The notes beneath the pieces are model-generated. The model searched no databases, was not told where the DNA came from, and worked only from the letters and a program-made list of their open reading frames with translations. The position numbers and the translations under genes are program-made. Shown piece after piece: positions 19,747-28,860 of a stretch of DNA of 64,000 nt. The stretch spans positions 11,471-75,470 of IMG/VR virus record IMGVR_UViG_3300018059_000012; one strand, 5' to 3'. The stretch is from a virus. The stretch's first letter is position 1. The number at the start of each line of letters is the position of its first letter.

Positions 19747-20738
19747 TGCCCAAGACACCTGAAGTCATCGACCTGCAGGACATTCGCGACGCGCTCCGCG
19801 ATGAGCGGCCGTCGAGCATCCAGACGTTACTCGCGGAGGACACGAAAGAGCAACCCTTTCAGCTTGATCTCTTCAGGCTTGCGCTTGGCGCACAGCTCGA
19901 GCGGTTCGAAGAGGGCAACAGTTACGGTGGGAACATCAGCGGACGCGATGCCTTCGAAGCCCCATGGACGCCGGTCCCACTCTTTCAGGCCGAGGAGTTC
20001 ATCGCGAGTCACAAGCGGTACGCGCTCGAGATCATCTTCCCCACGGTGTTCGAGGAAGATCGTTCCATCAAGATCAAGGACATTGCGACGGCACAGGGCT
20101 TGGACTACGCGAGCCATCAGTGGGCGGCGGAGCAGGTCGCGAAGGAGTTGGGACGCGAGGATTTCAACTACAAGCAGGAGATCGCGCAGATCAAGGTTGA
20201 GCGGAACACACTCCCGCCACCGCCTGGGATGGAGGAACCGCTGCTGGATCCGAACGCCCCGCCTGCTGCGCCGCCATCAGCGAACATGCCCAAGCCTGGA
20301 TTCACCCAGGGTGGGATTCCACAGGTGCCCAGCCGGTTGCCTGAGATCGCGCCGAGTGATGAGGAAGCCCCAGGCAAGCGTGATCAACTCTCAGGCCCAG
20401 TGGTGGCGGAGTTCAAGCGACAGCAGAAGCAGAGTGAAGCCAGTACGCGCTTGCTTACCTACACGCTGACAGTTCTCGGTGAGACCATGAAGATGATCAG
20501 TGAGAAAATGGGCACGCCACCGCAGCACATTACGATCGAAGGAGCCAGGGTGATTGTCCCGAAATCTGATGCCCCTGATGTCATCGTCAGGAATGATCTC
20601 ACTGTCCCACCGGCACCTGCCCCAGCACCAGTAATCGTCCCGGAAGTTCGTGAGCGGACGTTCGAAGTGGTGGAGCGTGACCCACTCGGGTTTGCCAAGA
20701 GCTTCCGTGAGCGGTACCTGCCGAAAGAAGCGGTCTAA
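19746..20738 (+). CDS. Probable portal C-terminal part with Pro-rich tail
   Basis: LEIIFPTVFEEDR..KIKDIA.A..L...S...AA...AKELG.....KQEIAQI resembles portal C-terminal region. Confidence 0.6.
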   Translation: MPKTPEVIDLQDIRDALRDERPSSIQTLLAEDTKEQPFQLDLFRLALGAQLERFEEGNSYGGNISGRDAFEAPWTPVPLFQAEEFIASHKRYALEIIFPTVFEEDRSIKIKDIATAQGLDYASHQWAAEQVAKELGREDFNYKQEIAQIKVERNTLPPPPGMEEPLLDPNAPPAAPPSANMPKPGFTQGGIPQVPSRLPEIAPSDEEAPGKRDQLSGPVVAEFKRQQKQSEASTRLLTYTLTVLGETMKMISEKMGTPPQHITIEGARVIVPKSDAPDVIVRNDLTVPPAPAPAPVIVPEVRERTFEVVERDPLGFAKSFRERYLPKEAV

Positions 20739-20740
20739 GC

Positions 20741-21181
20741 ATGGCGCGGGTCATTCTGAGCGAGCAAGGCGCCACGCAATTCCTCAAGCAACAGGTGGGT
20801 CTCGAGGAGGCGGAGCCGCTGTGGCTCAGACTCTACGGGAACCCACATCAACCGAATCGCAAAGATGATCTGGCCAACTACACCGAGTGTGGCGGGCATG
20901 ACTACGCGCCGAAGCTGATCAAGGCGTCGGAATGGACGGTGATCAATCTCGAACATGGGCTTGTGGGTGTGATCGCCCCAGCGCAGATCTGGACGTTCGG
21001 GGATGGTCCACCGATGCGGGTGTACGGGAGCTATGCGACAGGTTCACGGCGGTCACGTCTGCTCTACTGGGGTGATGCGCTCGAGGGGAACTACGTCCTG
21101 GTCGAACGACGTGGACAACAGCTCGAAATTCAACCGTGTCTCATCAGGGCATTGGCACCCGATTCAATTGTCGGAGGATAG
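20741..21181 (+). CDS. Virion structural protein (fibre-associated)
   Basis: LRLY.N...P...D....YTE....Y....W...WTF....VYG.Y pattern. Confidence 0.65.
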   Translation: MARVILSEQGATQFLKQQVGLEEAEPLWLRLYGNPHQPNRKDDLANYTECGGHDYAPKLIKASEWTVINLEHGLVGVIAPAQIWTFGDGPPMRVYGSYATGSRRSRLLYWGDALEGNYVLVERRGQQLEIQPCLIRALAPDSIVGG

Positions 21182-21193
21182 AAAGGAAAATCT

Positions 21194-22525
21194 ATGTCAA
21201 CGTTCCCACCGATCCTGTTCAAGTCGACCGATGCCGGCGCCCCCGTCCTCACGGGAGAGGTCGGCAAGCTCATCGGCGTTCTCTCATCCTGCTTGATCTG
21301 CAACTCGATGTTTACCGGGATCAGTGGCGCGTCGTTCGTGGACAACACGGCCGAGGCACGTTTGCAGGGCGGTACCGGCTTCGTCCTGTTCCAGGGCCCG
21401 ACCGTCACCGTCGATGAAGCCTACGTCGGCATGTCGTCGCGCTTCGGCCGCGTCAAGATCGTCTTCGACACACCCGGCGTCCAGAACGCGGCGATCACCC
21501 TTGCATGGGAGTACTGGGACGGGTCAGCGTGGACAGCCCTGTCCGGCGTGGCCGATGGCACGTCGGAATTGACGGCCGACGGGACGGTGACCTGGACGAT
21601 CCCGGGCGACTGGGCGGCGGTCGCGGTCAATGCGGTCACACAGTTCTGGATCCGCGTGCGCTTCACGGCGGGCTCCTGGACGACGAACCCGCTCGTGGCG
21701 ACGCTGAGTGTGACGGGGTGGACCCTCGCCTTCGGGCCGACGGTCAACGTCGCGGACTACCAGCAGGGCGGGGGTAACCAGTTCTACCTCGACGTGAACG
21801 ACAACGGGTCCGGGGCGGCGACCAGCGCCCGCCTGCGCGGGTATGAGGTCATGACGGCCCTCGCGACGGGGACCGGGCCGTTCCCGACCGCGGTGCAGTT
21901 CGCGAACGGGCTCTTCGCCCGCAAGGCGACCGCCGCCAACGCCACCGCGCGGCCGTGGTTCGTGGTCGCCGACGATCGCACGATCTACGTCATTACGTTC
22001 CCAGGTGATTCGTCGCGGTACTTCGGGTTTATGTTCGGGGACATCTATAGCGCCGTTGTGGGTGACGGCTTCCGGACCGAGTTGATCGCCATGACCGTGG
22101 AGGACGGCGCTGGTTCGAGCGAGCATCTCGCCCGGGTGGTCGCCAGTCTCGCGGTTGTGGCCGGGCACTACATCGCTCGACCATACACGGGCATCGGCTC
22201 CGCGCTGAACGTCGGTAAGTCTGCAGATGCCTCGAAGCAGGCGGGTGCGACCACCGAGTTAGCCGGGGCCATCACATATCCCAACGCGCCGGACGGCGGG
22301 CTGTACCTCGCGCCGCTATGGGTCAATGAGGGCGGCATCTACGTGCGCGGGCGCCTCCGAGGCTTCTGGTGTTTCCTGCACGCGATCACGTCACTCACTG
22401 ACGGCGACACGTTCTCCGGCGCCGGGGCGCTCTCCGGCCGGACGTTCCTCTTCCTCAAGCCGACTGCGCCGGCCGGGGCCGGGGCCTTCGTACTTGAGAC
22501 GTCCGATACGTGGGAGACGAACTAG
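21194..22525 (+). CDS. Virion structural/fibre protein
   Basis: STDAGAPVL.G..G.LI.VL..CL N-terminus; RGRLRG near C-terminus; rich in T/A/G. Confidence 0.75.
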   Translation: MSTFPPILFKSTDAGAPVLTGEVGKLIGVLSSCLICNSMFTGISGASFVDNTAEARLQGGTGFVLFQGPTVTVDEAYVGMSSRFGRVKIVFDTPGVQNAAITLAWEYWDGSAWTALSGVADGTSELTADGTVTWTIPGDWAAVAVNAVTQFWIRVRFTAGSWTTNPLVATLSVTGWTLAFGPTVNVADYQQGGGNQFYLDVNDNGSGAATSARLRGYEVMTALATGTGPFPTAVQFANGLFARKATAANATARPWFVVADDRTIYVITFPGDSSRYFGFMFGDIYSAVVGDGFRTELIAMTVEDGAGSSEHLARVVASLAVVAGHYIARPYTGIGSALNVGKSADASKQAGATTELAGAITYPNAPDGGLYLAPLWVNEGGIYVRGRLRGFWCFLHAITSLTDGDTFSGAGALSGRTFLFLKPTAPAGAGAFVLETSDTWETN

Positions 22526-23104
22526 ATGGCCGACCTCGGCGCTATCGCGGTGATCGGGAACCTCACGAGCCAGCTTGACGATCAATCGCCTGACGTCTTC
22601 CCCTCGCGGATCGAGTCGGGCAACCTGGCGAAGGGGCTCTTGGGGCAGGTGCCGGTAGGCTACGCGAGGACGTTACAACTTACAAGCGAACTGGAGCCGT
22701 TGTTCTTCAACTTCACGCCAGCAGCGGGTGGGTTCGTCACGTTCAAGTCGGGACGTGACGACACTGTAGGAAATTCTACACCGCCAAGCCAGAAGCAGAG
22801 TCGCCCCGGGACTCTCAAGCGACTCTTGGTGCCGGTATCAGTGGGGGCGCGGACGATCTCGATCGACGTGCTCGTCGATCATGAAGACGTCGCGGTGCCT
22901 CCGTTCCCGTTGCTGATCGTGAAAGCGACCCCGGAGATTGGGCTCTTTGACGACGTTATTGCTATTGCTGCTGGTGTAGCAGGATGGCAAACGCTGACAT
23001 GCGGATTCACAGCACTCTACTCCGGTGTGGTCGAAGTCTGGCGGGAACAGCCGAGTTTCAGCTTTCAGCGCGACGTCTGGTGGGACAACTTGACTGCTTC
23101 CTAG
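22526..23104 (+). CDS. Putative virion beta-sandwich protein
   Basis: WQTLT..FT...GVVEV...VWWDNL C-terminus. Confidence 0.6.
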   Translation: MADLGAIAVIGNLTSQLDDQSPDVFPSRIESGNLAKGLLGQVPVGYARTLQLTSELEPLFFNFTPAAGGFVTFKSGRDDTVGNSTPPSQKQSRPGTLKRLLVPVSVGARTISIDVLVDHEDVAVPPFPLLIVKATPEIGLFDDVIAIAAGVAGWQTLTCGFTALYSGVVEVWREQPSFSFQRDVWWDNLTAS

Positions 23105-23108
23105 CGCG

Positions 23109-24023
23109 ATGGCTTCGAAAGACTTTGATCTGTGGTTCATCGGAGCGCCAGTCCTCCAGACAGGCTCGACGGGCGACTTTGCGTATTGGTTCATCGGGGC
23201 ACCAGTCTTGCAGTTCGGGGTGGTCACACCCCGCGACCTGGTCCGCGATGAAAGCATTCCTGTTGAGTCTGGCATTGCCCTCCAGAGTCTTGTTCTCGAT
23301 GCCGCCATTCCAATTGATTCACTGGGGGCGGTGGTTGGTCTCATCCGTGATGAAGCAATCCCAGTCGAAGCCGGGCAGGGGATTCAGCGTGATGTCACGA
23401 TTCCAGTGGAGAGTCATGGCAGTCTGCGCATCACTGCGGAGATCCCTGTTGAGTCGCTTGGGAGCCTGGTTCGCGACGATGACATCCCGATTGATAGTGA
23501 ACAGACACGCATCGCTCTGACACGTGATGAAGCGATCCCTGTCGAAGCGGTTACAGGAGTTACCCGTGACGATGAAATTCCGATTGACTCGACTGCTGTT
23601 GCGGTGCTTACTCTGGATCGGGATGAAGCAATCCCGATTGATGCGTCGACTGTTCCAATCACTCCGTCGGATCTCGTCGTCTTCTACGGTGCAGGCGCCC
23701 CGTGGCCACCGTCGTGGCTCGTCAGAGCCCCGCTGCTCAACCGGACCCAGCACTGCGCAGTGCTCTACCTCGGCGGAACAAGCTGGAGTACATTCACCGG
23801 GAGCGAGCTACCCCCACGCCCGTCTCACATGGTCAAGCCCGTTAAAGCGCCCAGGCGGATTCGGAAGCCACATCCGACTCCGGCCCATCCAGGGTATGTC
23901 CGTGCGGGGCATTCGTCGATCATCTGGCTCGGCGGGCGCTCGACGGAAGCGACGCGGATCGACAGAGCAGCCGTGATGAAACAGGATGAGGAGGACTTCA
24001 TGACGCTCCTGGCACTGCTATGA
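23109..24023 (+). CDS. Repeat-containing virion protein (RDEAIPVES/IPIDS repeats)
   Basis: About 10 degenerate 13-16-aa repeats; duplicated WFIGAPVLQ. Confidence 0.75.
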   Translation: MASKDFDLWFIGAPVLQTGSTGDFAYWFIGAPVLQFGVVTPRDLVRDESIPVESGIALQSLVLDAAIPIDSLGAVVGLIRDEAIPVEAGQGIQRDVTIPVESHGSLRITAEIPVESLGSLVRDDDIPIDSEQTRIALTRDEAIPVEAVTGVTRDDEIPIDSTAVAVLTLDRDEAIPIDASTVPITPSDLVVFYGAGAPWPPSWLVRAPLLNRTQHCAVLYLGGTSWSTFTGSELPPRPSHMVKPVKAPRRIRKPHPTPAHPGYVRAGHSSIIWLGGRSTEATRIDRAAVMKQDEEDFMTLLALL

Positions 24024-26806
24024 GCGTGATGATCGAAGCTCGGACGCATGCGGAGTTGTTACGTGATGCAAACACGCATGTGCGAACCTATCTCAATCGC
24101 AAGTTGGATGCTGATGCTGTCGACATCGCGAAGGTGTATCAGGGTTCACGCGACCGCCTGCTCACCAACCTGCGGGGGATTTACGACACGTACCTCGCCG
24201 AAGATCCGACGTATGTCCGGGCCAGGAGCACTGGGGCGTTCAGGCAGATGCAGGCTCGTATCGATCGTGAACTGCAGATGCTGACTGATGAAGTGGGACA
24301 GCGTGCTACGGCGAAGATGGCGGAGCTGCTGAACACACAGCCTGACATCCTGGAACGTCGTCTCGGAAAGATCTTGAATAAGTCTTTCTTCAAGTTACCG
24401 GTTACGGCGCAGAACGTCTTGGGTGAGCTCACCACGAGTGTGATTGGTGGGGCGACGTTCGAGGATCGCATTCTCTCGATGAGCGATGACATGAAGCGAG
24501 TGGTGACCAATGATCTCCGCCGCGGGCTCATCAACGGCGATGACTTCAATACGATCCGAGCCAGGATCTCCAAGACGTTTGGCGTCGACAAGCTGAAGAA
24601 GCCAGCGTACAGTGCCTATGGGTCGGTGAAAGTCTACAAGAATGAAGCCCGTCGGCAGTGGAATTTGTTGATGAAACAACAGGCTGATCGCATGGAATCG
24701 TATATGGTGTGGTTTGCCATGATTGATGATCCTGATGTGACGCCAGGTTGTGTGGCCAGGCACGGACTTCGGATCGATGAGGATCTCGGTGGCGATGCCC
24801 CACCCAGACACTACAACTGTCGGTGTACGATCGCCGTGATTGATGATCGTGATGAGATCACAGAGATGCGACTTGAAGGCTCCGCGCAGCTGAAGGTGAT
24901 GGGGTACTCCAGGGCCGAAGCGAGAATGGAAGAAGCGAATTGGGATCCAGCCGAACATCCACGTGGGCATGGTGGGAAGTTCGGATCCAAGGGTGGGGAT
25001 GAGAAAGGTGGAGAGAAGAGTGGTGGGGCAAGGTTTGAAACACGGATGCGCGATGCCAGTGGTGAGACGTTTGTTGGACCAGATGGCAAGGTGTATTGCG
25101 ATGTCGCCGACAAGGATGGGATGTACGCCGATAATTCGTCGTTTCAGTCTGGTCACGAGACACTAGCCAAGCAAATAAAAGATGGATCGAGCGCTGCTGA
25201 TCTTGTCAAGGATGGATTTGTTCGAGCGCGGATTGACAGCGGTGAGCTTGGTCTCGAGCTTGATCTCTCGAATGAGACAGCGCAGAACAATGCGATTTCA
25301 GTCGTCACATCGCATGCTAAGGGTGGTGATGTCTTTGTAGATTTTCCTACCAAGCAAGGTGGTCTCTCAACGTCAAAGATCGCCGCATTTACTGGACGTA
25401 GTGCTCCTGGGAAAGCGATTCGTTACATCAAGTCAGGCGGCAAAGATCGTTCTGAAACGACTGAATCATGGCGGCCAGCTCGAGAGCGTGAAGCCTGGGA
25501 TCCAAGTCAGCATCCTCGGGACAGCGATGGTAAGTTCGGTGGAACCGGTGGGAGTGTGTCGCCAGAAGATGTTGAGCAGTGGGCAGACGATGCTGGGGCG
25601 AAGTTCGATGGGATTCAATCCTTCCCGAGCATCAAGGCTGATCCACTCGTTCTGATTACGGACAAGGTGTCGCAGTCGACCGGCGTGATTCCACTCAACA
25701 AGATTTCCAAGAAGGCGGTGCAGGACAAGGTCGACGAGATCAGAGCGAAATTCAAGACAGCGGGGTGGGGGTGGGGACATGAGACACTTCAGCCGGTGTC
25801 GACGATTCATGAAGTCATGCATGACGAGAGGACGCAGTACAAGAGCGTGCCCTGGCGGAGTCTCCCACGCGAGACTGCTGGGTACGAGCGTGGGACCTGG
25901 ACGGATCTCCAGGTTGCTGTTGCGACGGATCACCCGGATTCGGTCTTGCTTAGGAAGCGGGAAGGAGAGGACGTTGAAGTCAAGGGCTGGAGCAGCTGGC
26001 GACCAGTGAAGCCGTCGGCCTATCCGATCCAGACGCTCCAGGGACTTGCTGATGATAGTGCGACGATTCAGCCCCCGTGGGATATACGATCGGAACGGCT
26101 CCCGCGCGAGATCATCGCACGCTGGTCAGCACTCCGAAACATCACGTTCCCAGTGGTGCCGGTATTTGCGATCGCACTTGTTGATCAACAGACCGCTGAG
26201 AATCTGACGACCGGAGCTGTGCCGCCGAGTGAGGTACTCTGGCAGAGTGGACTCCCGGCACTGTTCCCGCAGGCACTGATGCAGCTGTTTTGGCGGCAGG
26301 GGCATCCACCGAATCCACACTTCGTCTTCGGTGAAGTGATCGAGAAAGAAGTTCGACCCAGAACGATCGTGAACGTGACGACAGGCGAGGTAATCTATGC
26401 GGCCGACGACTTCGCGTCAGAGATTCTTTCGCCCTATACGCGAGTGGCCGCGGCAGTCCATGAGACTGACGGACGTATTTGGGCAATCATGCCTCGAGGC
26501 CTTGCACGATGGGTCCTGCCTGGTGGGCACATCGACGCTGGCGAGTCTCCACGCGCTGCCGTTGTCCGAGAGATGCTTGAAGAGACCGGGCAGCACATCC
26601 GCGTCCAGCGTCTGATCGGGACGTTGTATCGGCCATGGAGTCGAACGATGGTGTTCCTCTGCGCGAACATCACGAAGCACAAGAACTGGAGTTCAAGCGA
26701 CGAGACGGACGCCGTGCTCGCGATTGACTTCAGAGATCTTGCGACGGACGAGCGACTCTTCCTCCAACGACATGGCATCTCGGCACGCTGGACGGAGGCG
26801 TCATGA
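24020..26806 (+). CDS. MuF/SPP1-gp7 minor head protein with C-terminal Nudix hydrolase
   Basis: PGC...HG...PPRHYNCRC; two WDPxxHPRxxxGKF repeats; Nudix box GGHIDAGESPRAAVVREMLEETG. Confidence 0.9.
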   Translation: MSVMIEARTHAELLRDANTHVRTYLNRKLDADAVDIAKVYQGSRDRLLTNLRGIYDTYLAEDPTYVRARSTGAFRQMQARIDRELQMLTDEVGQRATAKMAELLNTQPDILERRLGKILNKSFFKLPVTAQNVLGELTTSVIGGATFEDRILSMSDDMKRVVTNDLRRGLINGDDFNTIRARISKTFGVDKLKKPAYSAYGSVKVYKNEARRQWNLLMKQQADRMESYMVWFAMIDDPDVTPGCVARHGLRIDEDLGGDAPPRHYNCRCTIAVIDDRDEITEMRLEGSAQLKVMGYSRAEARMEEANWDPAEHPRGHGGKFGSKGGDEKGGEKSGGARFETRMRDASGETFVGPDGKVYCDVADKDGMYADNSSFQSGHETLAKQIKDGSSAADLVKDGFVRARIDSGELGLELDLSNETAQNNAISVVTSHAKGGDVFVDFPTKQGGLSTSKIAAFTGRSAPGKAIRYIKSGGKDRSETTESWRPAREREAWDPSQHPRDSDGKFGGTGGSVSPEDVEQWADDAGAKFDGIQSFPSIKADPLVLITDKVSQSTGVIPLNKISKKAVQDKVDEIRAKFKTAGWGWGHETLQPVSTIHEVMHDERTQYKSVPWRSLPRETAGYERGTWTDLQVAVATDHPDSVLLRKREGEDVEVKGWSSWRPVKPSAYPIQTLQGLADDSATIQPPWDIRSERLPREIIARWSALRNITFPVVPVFAIALVDQQTAENLTTGAVPPSEVLWQSGLPALFPQALMQLFWRQGHPPNPHFVFGEVIEKEVRPRTIVNVTTGEVIYAADDFASEILSPYTRVAAAVHETDGRIWAIMPRGLARWVLPGGHIDAGESPRAAVVREMLEETGQHIRVQRLIGTLYRPWSRTMVFLCANITKHKNWSSSDETDAVLAIDFRDLATDERLFLQRHGISARWTEAS

Positions 26807-27012
26807 CCAAGCTGAAGTTGCCTTGCCTTGTTGTTCATCGTGGGAAGGTCTACCAGTTGAACGAGACTAGGAGAAAGGGGCTCATCCTCCAGGCTGCCGA
26901 CCAGGACAAAATAAGGGTGGACAACACCAGAGGTGAGTGTTGTATACTCACCATCAACAAGCGGGTGGCGCTGAGGAGTCTGAAAGGCTCCGTCGCACAG
27001 CCCGGGAGATGA
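26803..27012 (+). CDS. Hypothetical protein
   Basis: GGAGG SD; ATGA overlap. Confidence 0.55.
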   Translation: MTKLKLPCLVVHRGKVYQLNETRRKGLILQAADQDKIRVDNTRGECCILTINKRVALRSLKGSVAQPGR

Positions 27013-27045
27013 GAAGGCGATCTCATCTCCCGGGCTTGTTGCTTG
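27000..27045 (+). terminator. Perfect 15-bp hairpin, probable terminator
   Basis: GCCCGGGAGATGAGA/TCTCATCTCCCGGGC followed by TTGTTGCTT. Confidence 0.7.
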
Positions 27046-27089
27046 TAGAGTCAGGAGGCCCAGCGCATCAAACGACACAGGAGGGCCGG

Positions 27090-27338
27090 ATGACAACGAA
27101 GAAAGGCGACGCAATGCAGGTAGTCAAACCGCTTCGCGAACCAGTACGCATCCCGACGCAGTGCTGTGAACGTCCGATGCAGAAGCTCTCGCATCCGTCC
27201 AGCACCACGGGGCAGCTCAAGATTGTCATGAAGTGCACGGGCTCATGCTCCCGTCAAGTCGACATCACCCCACCGGATCCAGACCTCGAGAAGAAAGCTA
27301 CCGCCGCGAAGCAGCGGTCGAAGGCGGGGAGGCGCTAG
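27090..27338 (+). CDS. Zn-ribbon hypothetical protein
   Basis: AGGAGG SD; CC..PM...CTGSC. Confidence 0.65.
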   Translation: MTTKKGDAMQVVKPLREPVRIPTQCCERPMQKLSHPSSTTGQLKIVMKCTGSCSRQVDITPPDPDLEKKATAAKQRSKAGRR

Positions 27339-27339
27339 C

Positions 27340-27888
27340 ATGGGACTCGTCACCAACGTCGAAGGGATCGCACGGGAGATGGGCATCCCGATCGGAATCA
27401 ATCCGATGAAGCCCGGCGACATCATGTTGAACAAGAGCTTCCAGTCATTGCCGCCAATGTGTCCGGTCTGCTGGCCGAGCAAGATCCTCATCTATCCCAC
27501 CGATCAGAACTCGCAGACCGGCAATCAGCTTTTCGAGTGCTTGAACGGTGACGGCCACTACCTCGCGGTCTGGCGTGTCAGGGATCAGACCTGGGGTCAG
27601 CGCCCCGGGGCCGAGCGTCCGAACTGGGTCGCACCGATTCAGGGTGGCCGCGCAGCGGTGAAGCCGACCAAGAAGAAGCCGGGGAAGAAGTCGAAGGCAG
27701 CGATCAAGGGTCGGCCTCGCCCGGTGCCCGATGACGGTGAGGAAGATGAGGAAGATGTCAAGGGTGCGCATGAGCTCAGACGTCGCGATGGTAAGCCTAT
27801 CGATCCCAAGGCTCGTTTGCGATTCGATGTCACGGGTCCGGCACTAGCTGCGGCGCACAAGAAGCGGAAGGTCAAGACCCGGAAATGA
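27340..27888 (+). CDS. Hypothetical protein, Zn-finger plus basic tail
   Basis: CPVC...C...H; Lys-rich C-terminus. Confidence 0.7.
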   Translation: MGLVTNVEGIAREMGIPIGINPMKPGDIMLNKSFQSLPPMCPVCWPSKILIYPTDQNSQTGNQLFECLNGDGHYLAVWRVRDQTWGQRPGAERPNWVAPIQGGRAAVKPTKKKPGKKSKAAIKGRPRPVPDDGEEDEEDVKGAHELRRRDGKPIDPKARLRFDVTGPALAAAHKKRKVKTRK

Positions 27889-28424
27889 GCGAGCTGCAAG
27901 TCCTCCACGGAGAACCCAGGCACAAGATCAGCAGCTTCGTTGCTGATCTTCTGGGCCGCCGGAGCGAGACCATCAGGGCGATGCGTCCGGCCCTGGTCAG
28001 CCTCGTCGTTGGCGTCGTCGGACAATTCGAAGCGATGAAAGCCCAGTTCTCCGTGATCGATCTGAAGAAGGTGAAGTTCGCAGAGACGACCTGGACCAAA
28101 GACGGCCAGCTCGTCATTCAGATCGGGTACGGTGAGCTGCCCGCATTCATGGAAGAGCGATATCACATCGACGAGATCGTGCAGGACATCATCGACAAGA
28201 ACGCGAAGATCATCGAGTTGCGCGATGAGTTGGCGCAGTTCATCGCGGCGATGGTCGATCAGTGGGGGATCGTCAAGCAGCGGGAGCCGTTGCTGATTCT
28301 GGCTGGTGTCAGCTACGACAACTTCCGCTGGCTCGACAAGATGTTGATCATCGACACACGCGTTGCTGGAGAGCTGTACGGCTGGAACCGCGGGGCCAAC
28401 GCTGGAGCGCGTGTGATGCTGTAG
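27885..28424 (+). CDS. Hypothetical protein
   Basis: ATGA overlap; phage-like codon usage. Confidence 0.75.
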   Translation: MSELQVLHGEPRHKISSFVADLLGRRSETIRAMRPALVSLVVGVVGQFEAMKAQFSVIDLKKVKFAETTWTKDGQLVIQIGYGELPAFMEERYHIDEIVQDIIDKNAKIIELRDELAQFIAAMVDQWGIVKQREPLLILAGVSYDNFRWLDKMLIIDTRVAGELYGWNRGANAGARVML

Positions 28425-28428
28425 CAGA

Positions 28429-28563
28429 CTTCGACTGTCTCGTCTCCACTCCCATCGGGACGCCAATGAGAGTGTAGGCGGGATTGCTAGATAACAGAGG
28501 CGGAGGACCGGGCCCCGGCAGCTTGGTTTTCCGCCTTTGTTGTTGCAGGCGAGACAGTCGAAG
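28429..28563 (+). ncRNA. Structured intergenic RNA (three-way junction), unknown family
   Basis: 17-bp closing stem, 24-bp inner stem with 7 G.U pairs, and a second hairpin. Confidence 0.7.
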
Positions 28564-28593
28564 GTAGTACACAACGACAGAGGAGGAGCGGCG

Positions 28594-28860
28594 ATGAAAG
28601 CAGAGCAGAGTAGTGGAGCGGTGGTCGAAGAGAAAGCAGCCCCGTCACTCGGGGAGCAGATCAGCAGGCTGGAACAGACAATGGTTCTGGAGGCGTTCAA
28701 CGAGATGAAACGGCGTGGGGATGCGGAGCTACGAATCGCCTCCCGCCGTGATCGTGTCTCCGGACTCATCGAGGTGACCTACATCGGGGTTCACGAGAAG
28801 GCGGACCTGGAAGGACTCAGGGATCTCTACAAGCGCGTCAAGCGGGGGATGAAGTTCTAG
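28594..28860 (+). CDS. Hypothetical protein
   Basis: GAGGAGG SD. Confidence 0.7.
   Translation: MKAEQSSGAVVEEKAAPSLGEQISRLEQTMVLEAFNEMKRRGDAELRIASRRDRVSGLIEVTYIGVHEKADLEGLRDLYKRVKRGMKF

Noticed and set aside
28490-28544. SRP RNA domain IV or intrinsic terminator
   Set aside because: No GGAA tetraloop or CAGG/AGCAG internal loop; the U-rich strand is part of the stem, which is enclosed by an outer helix
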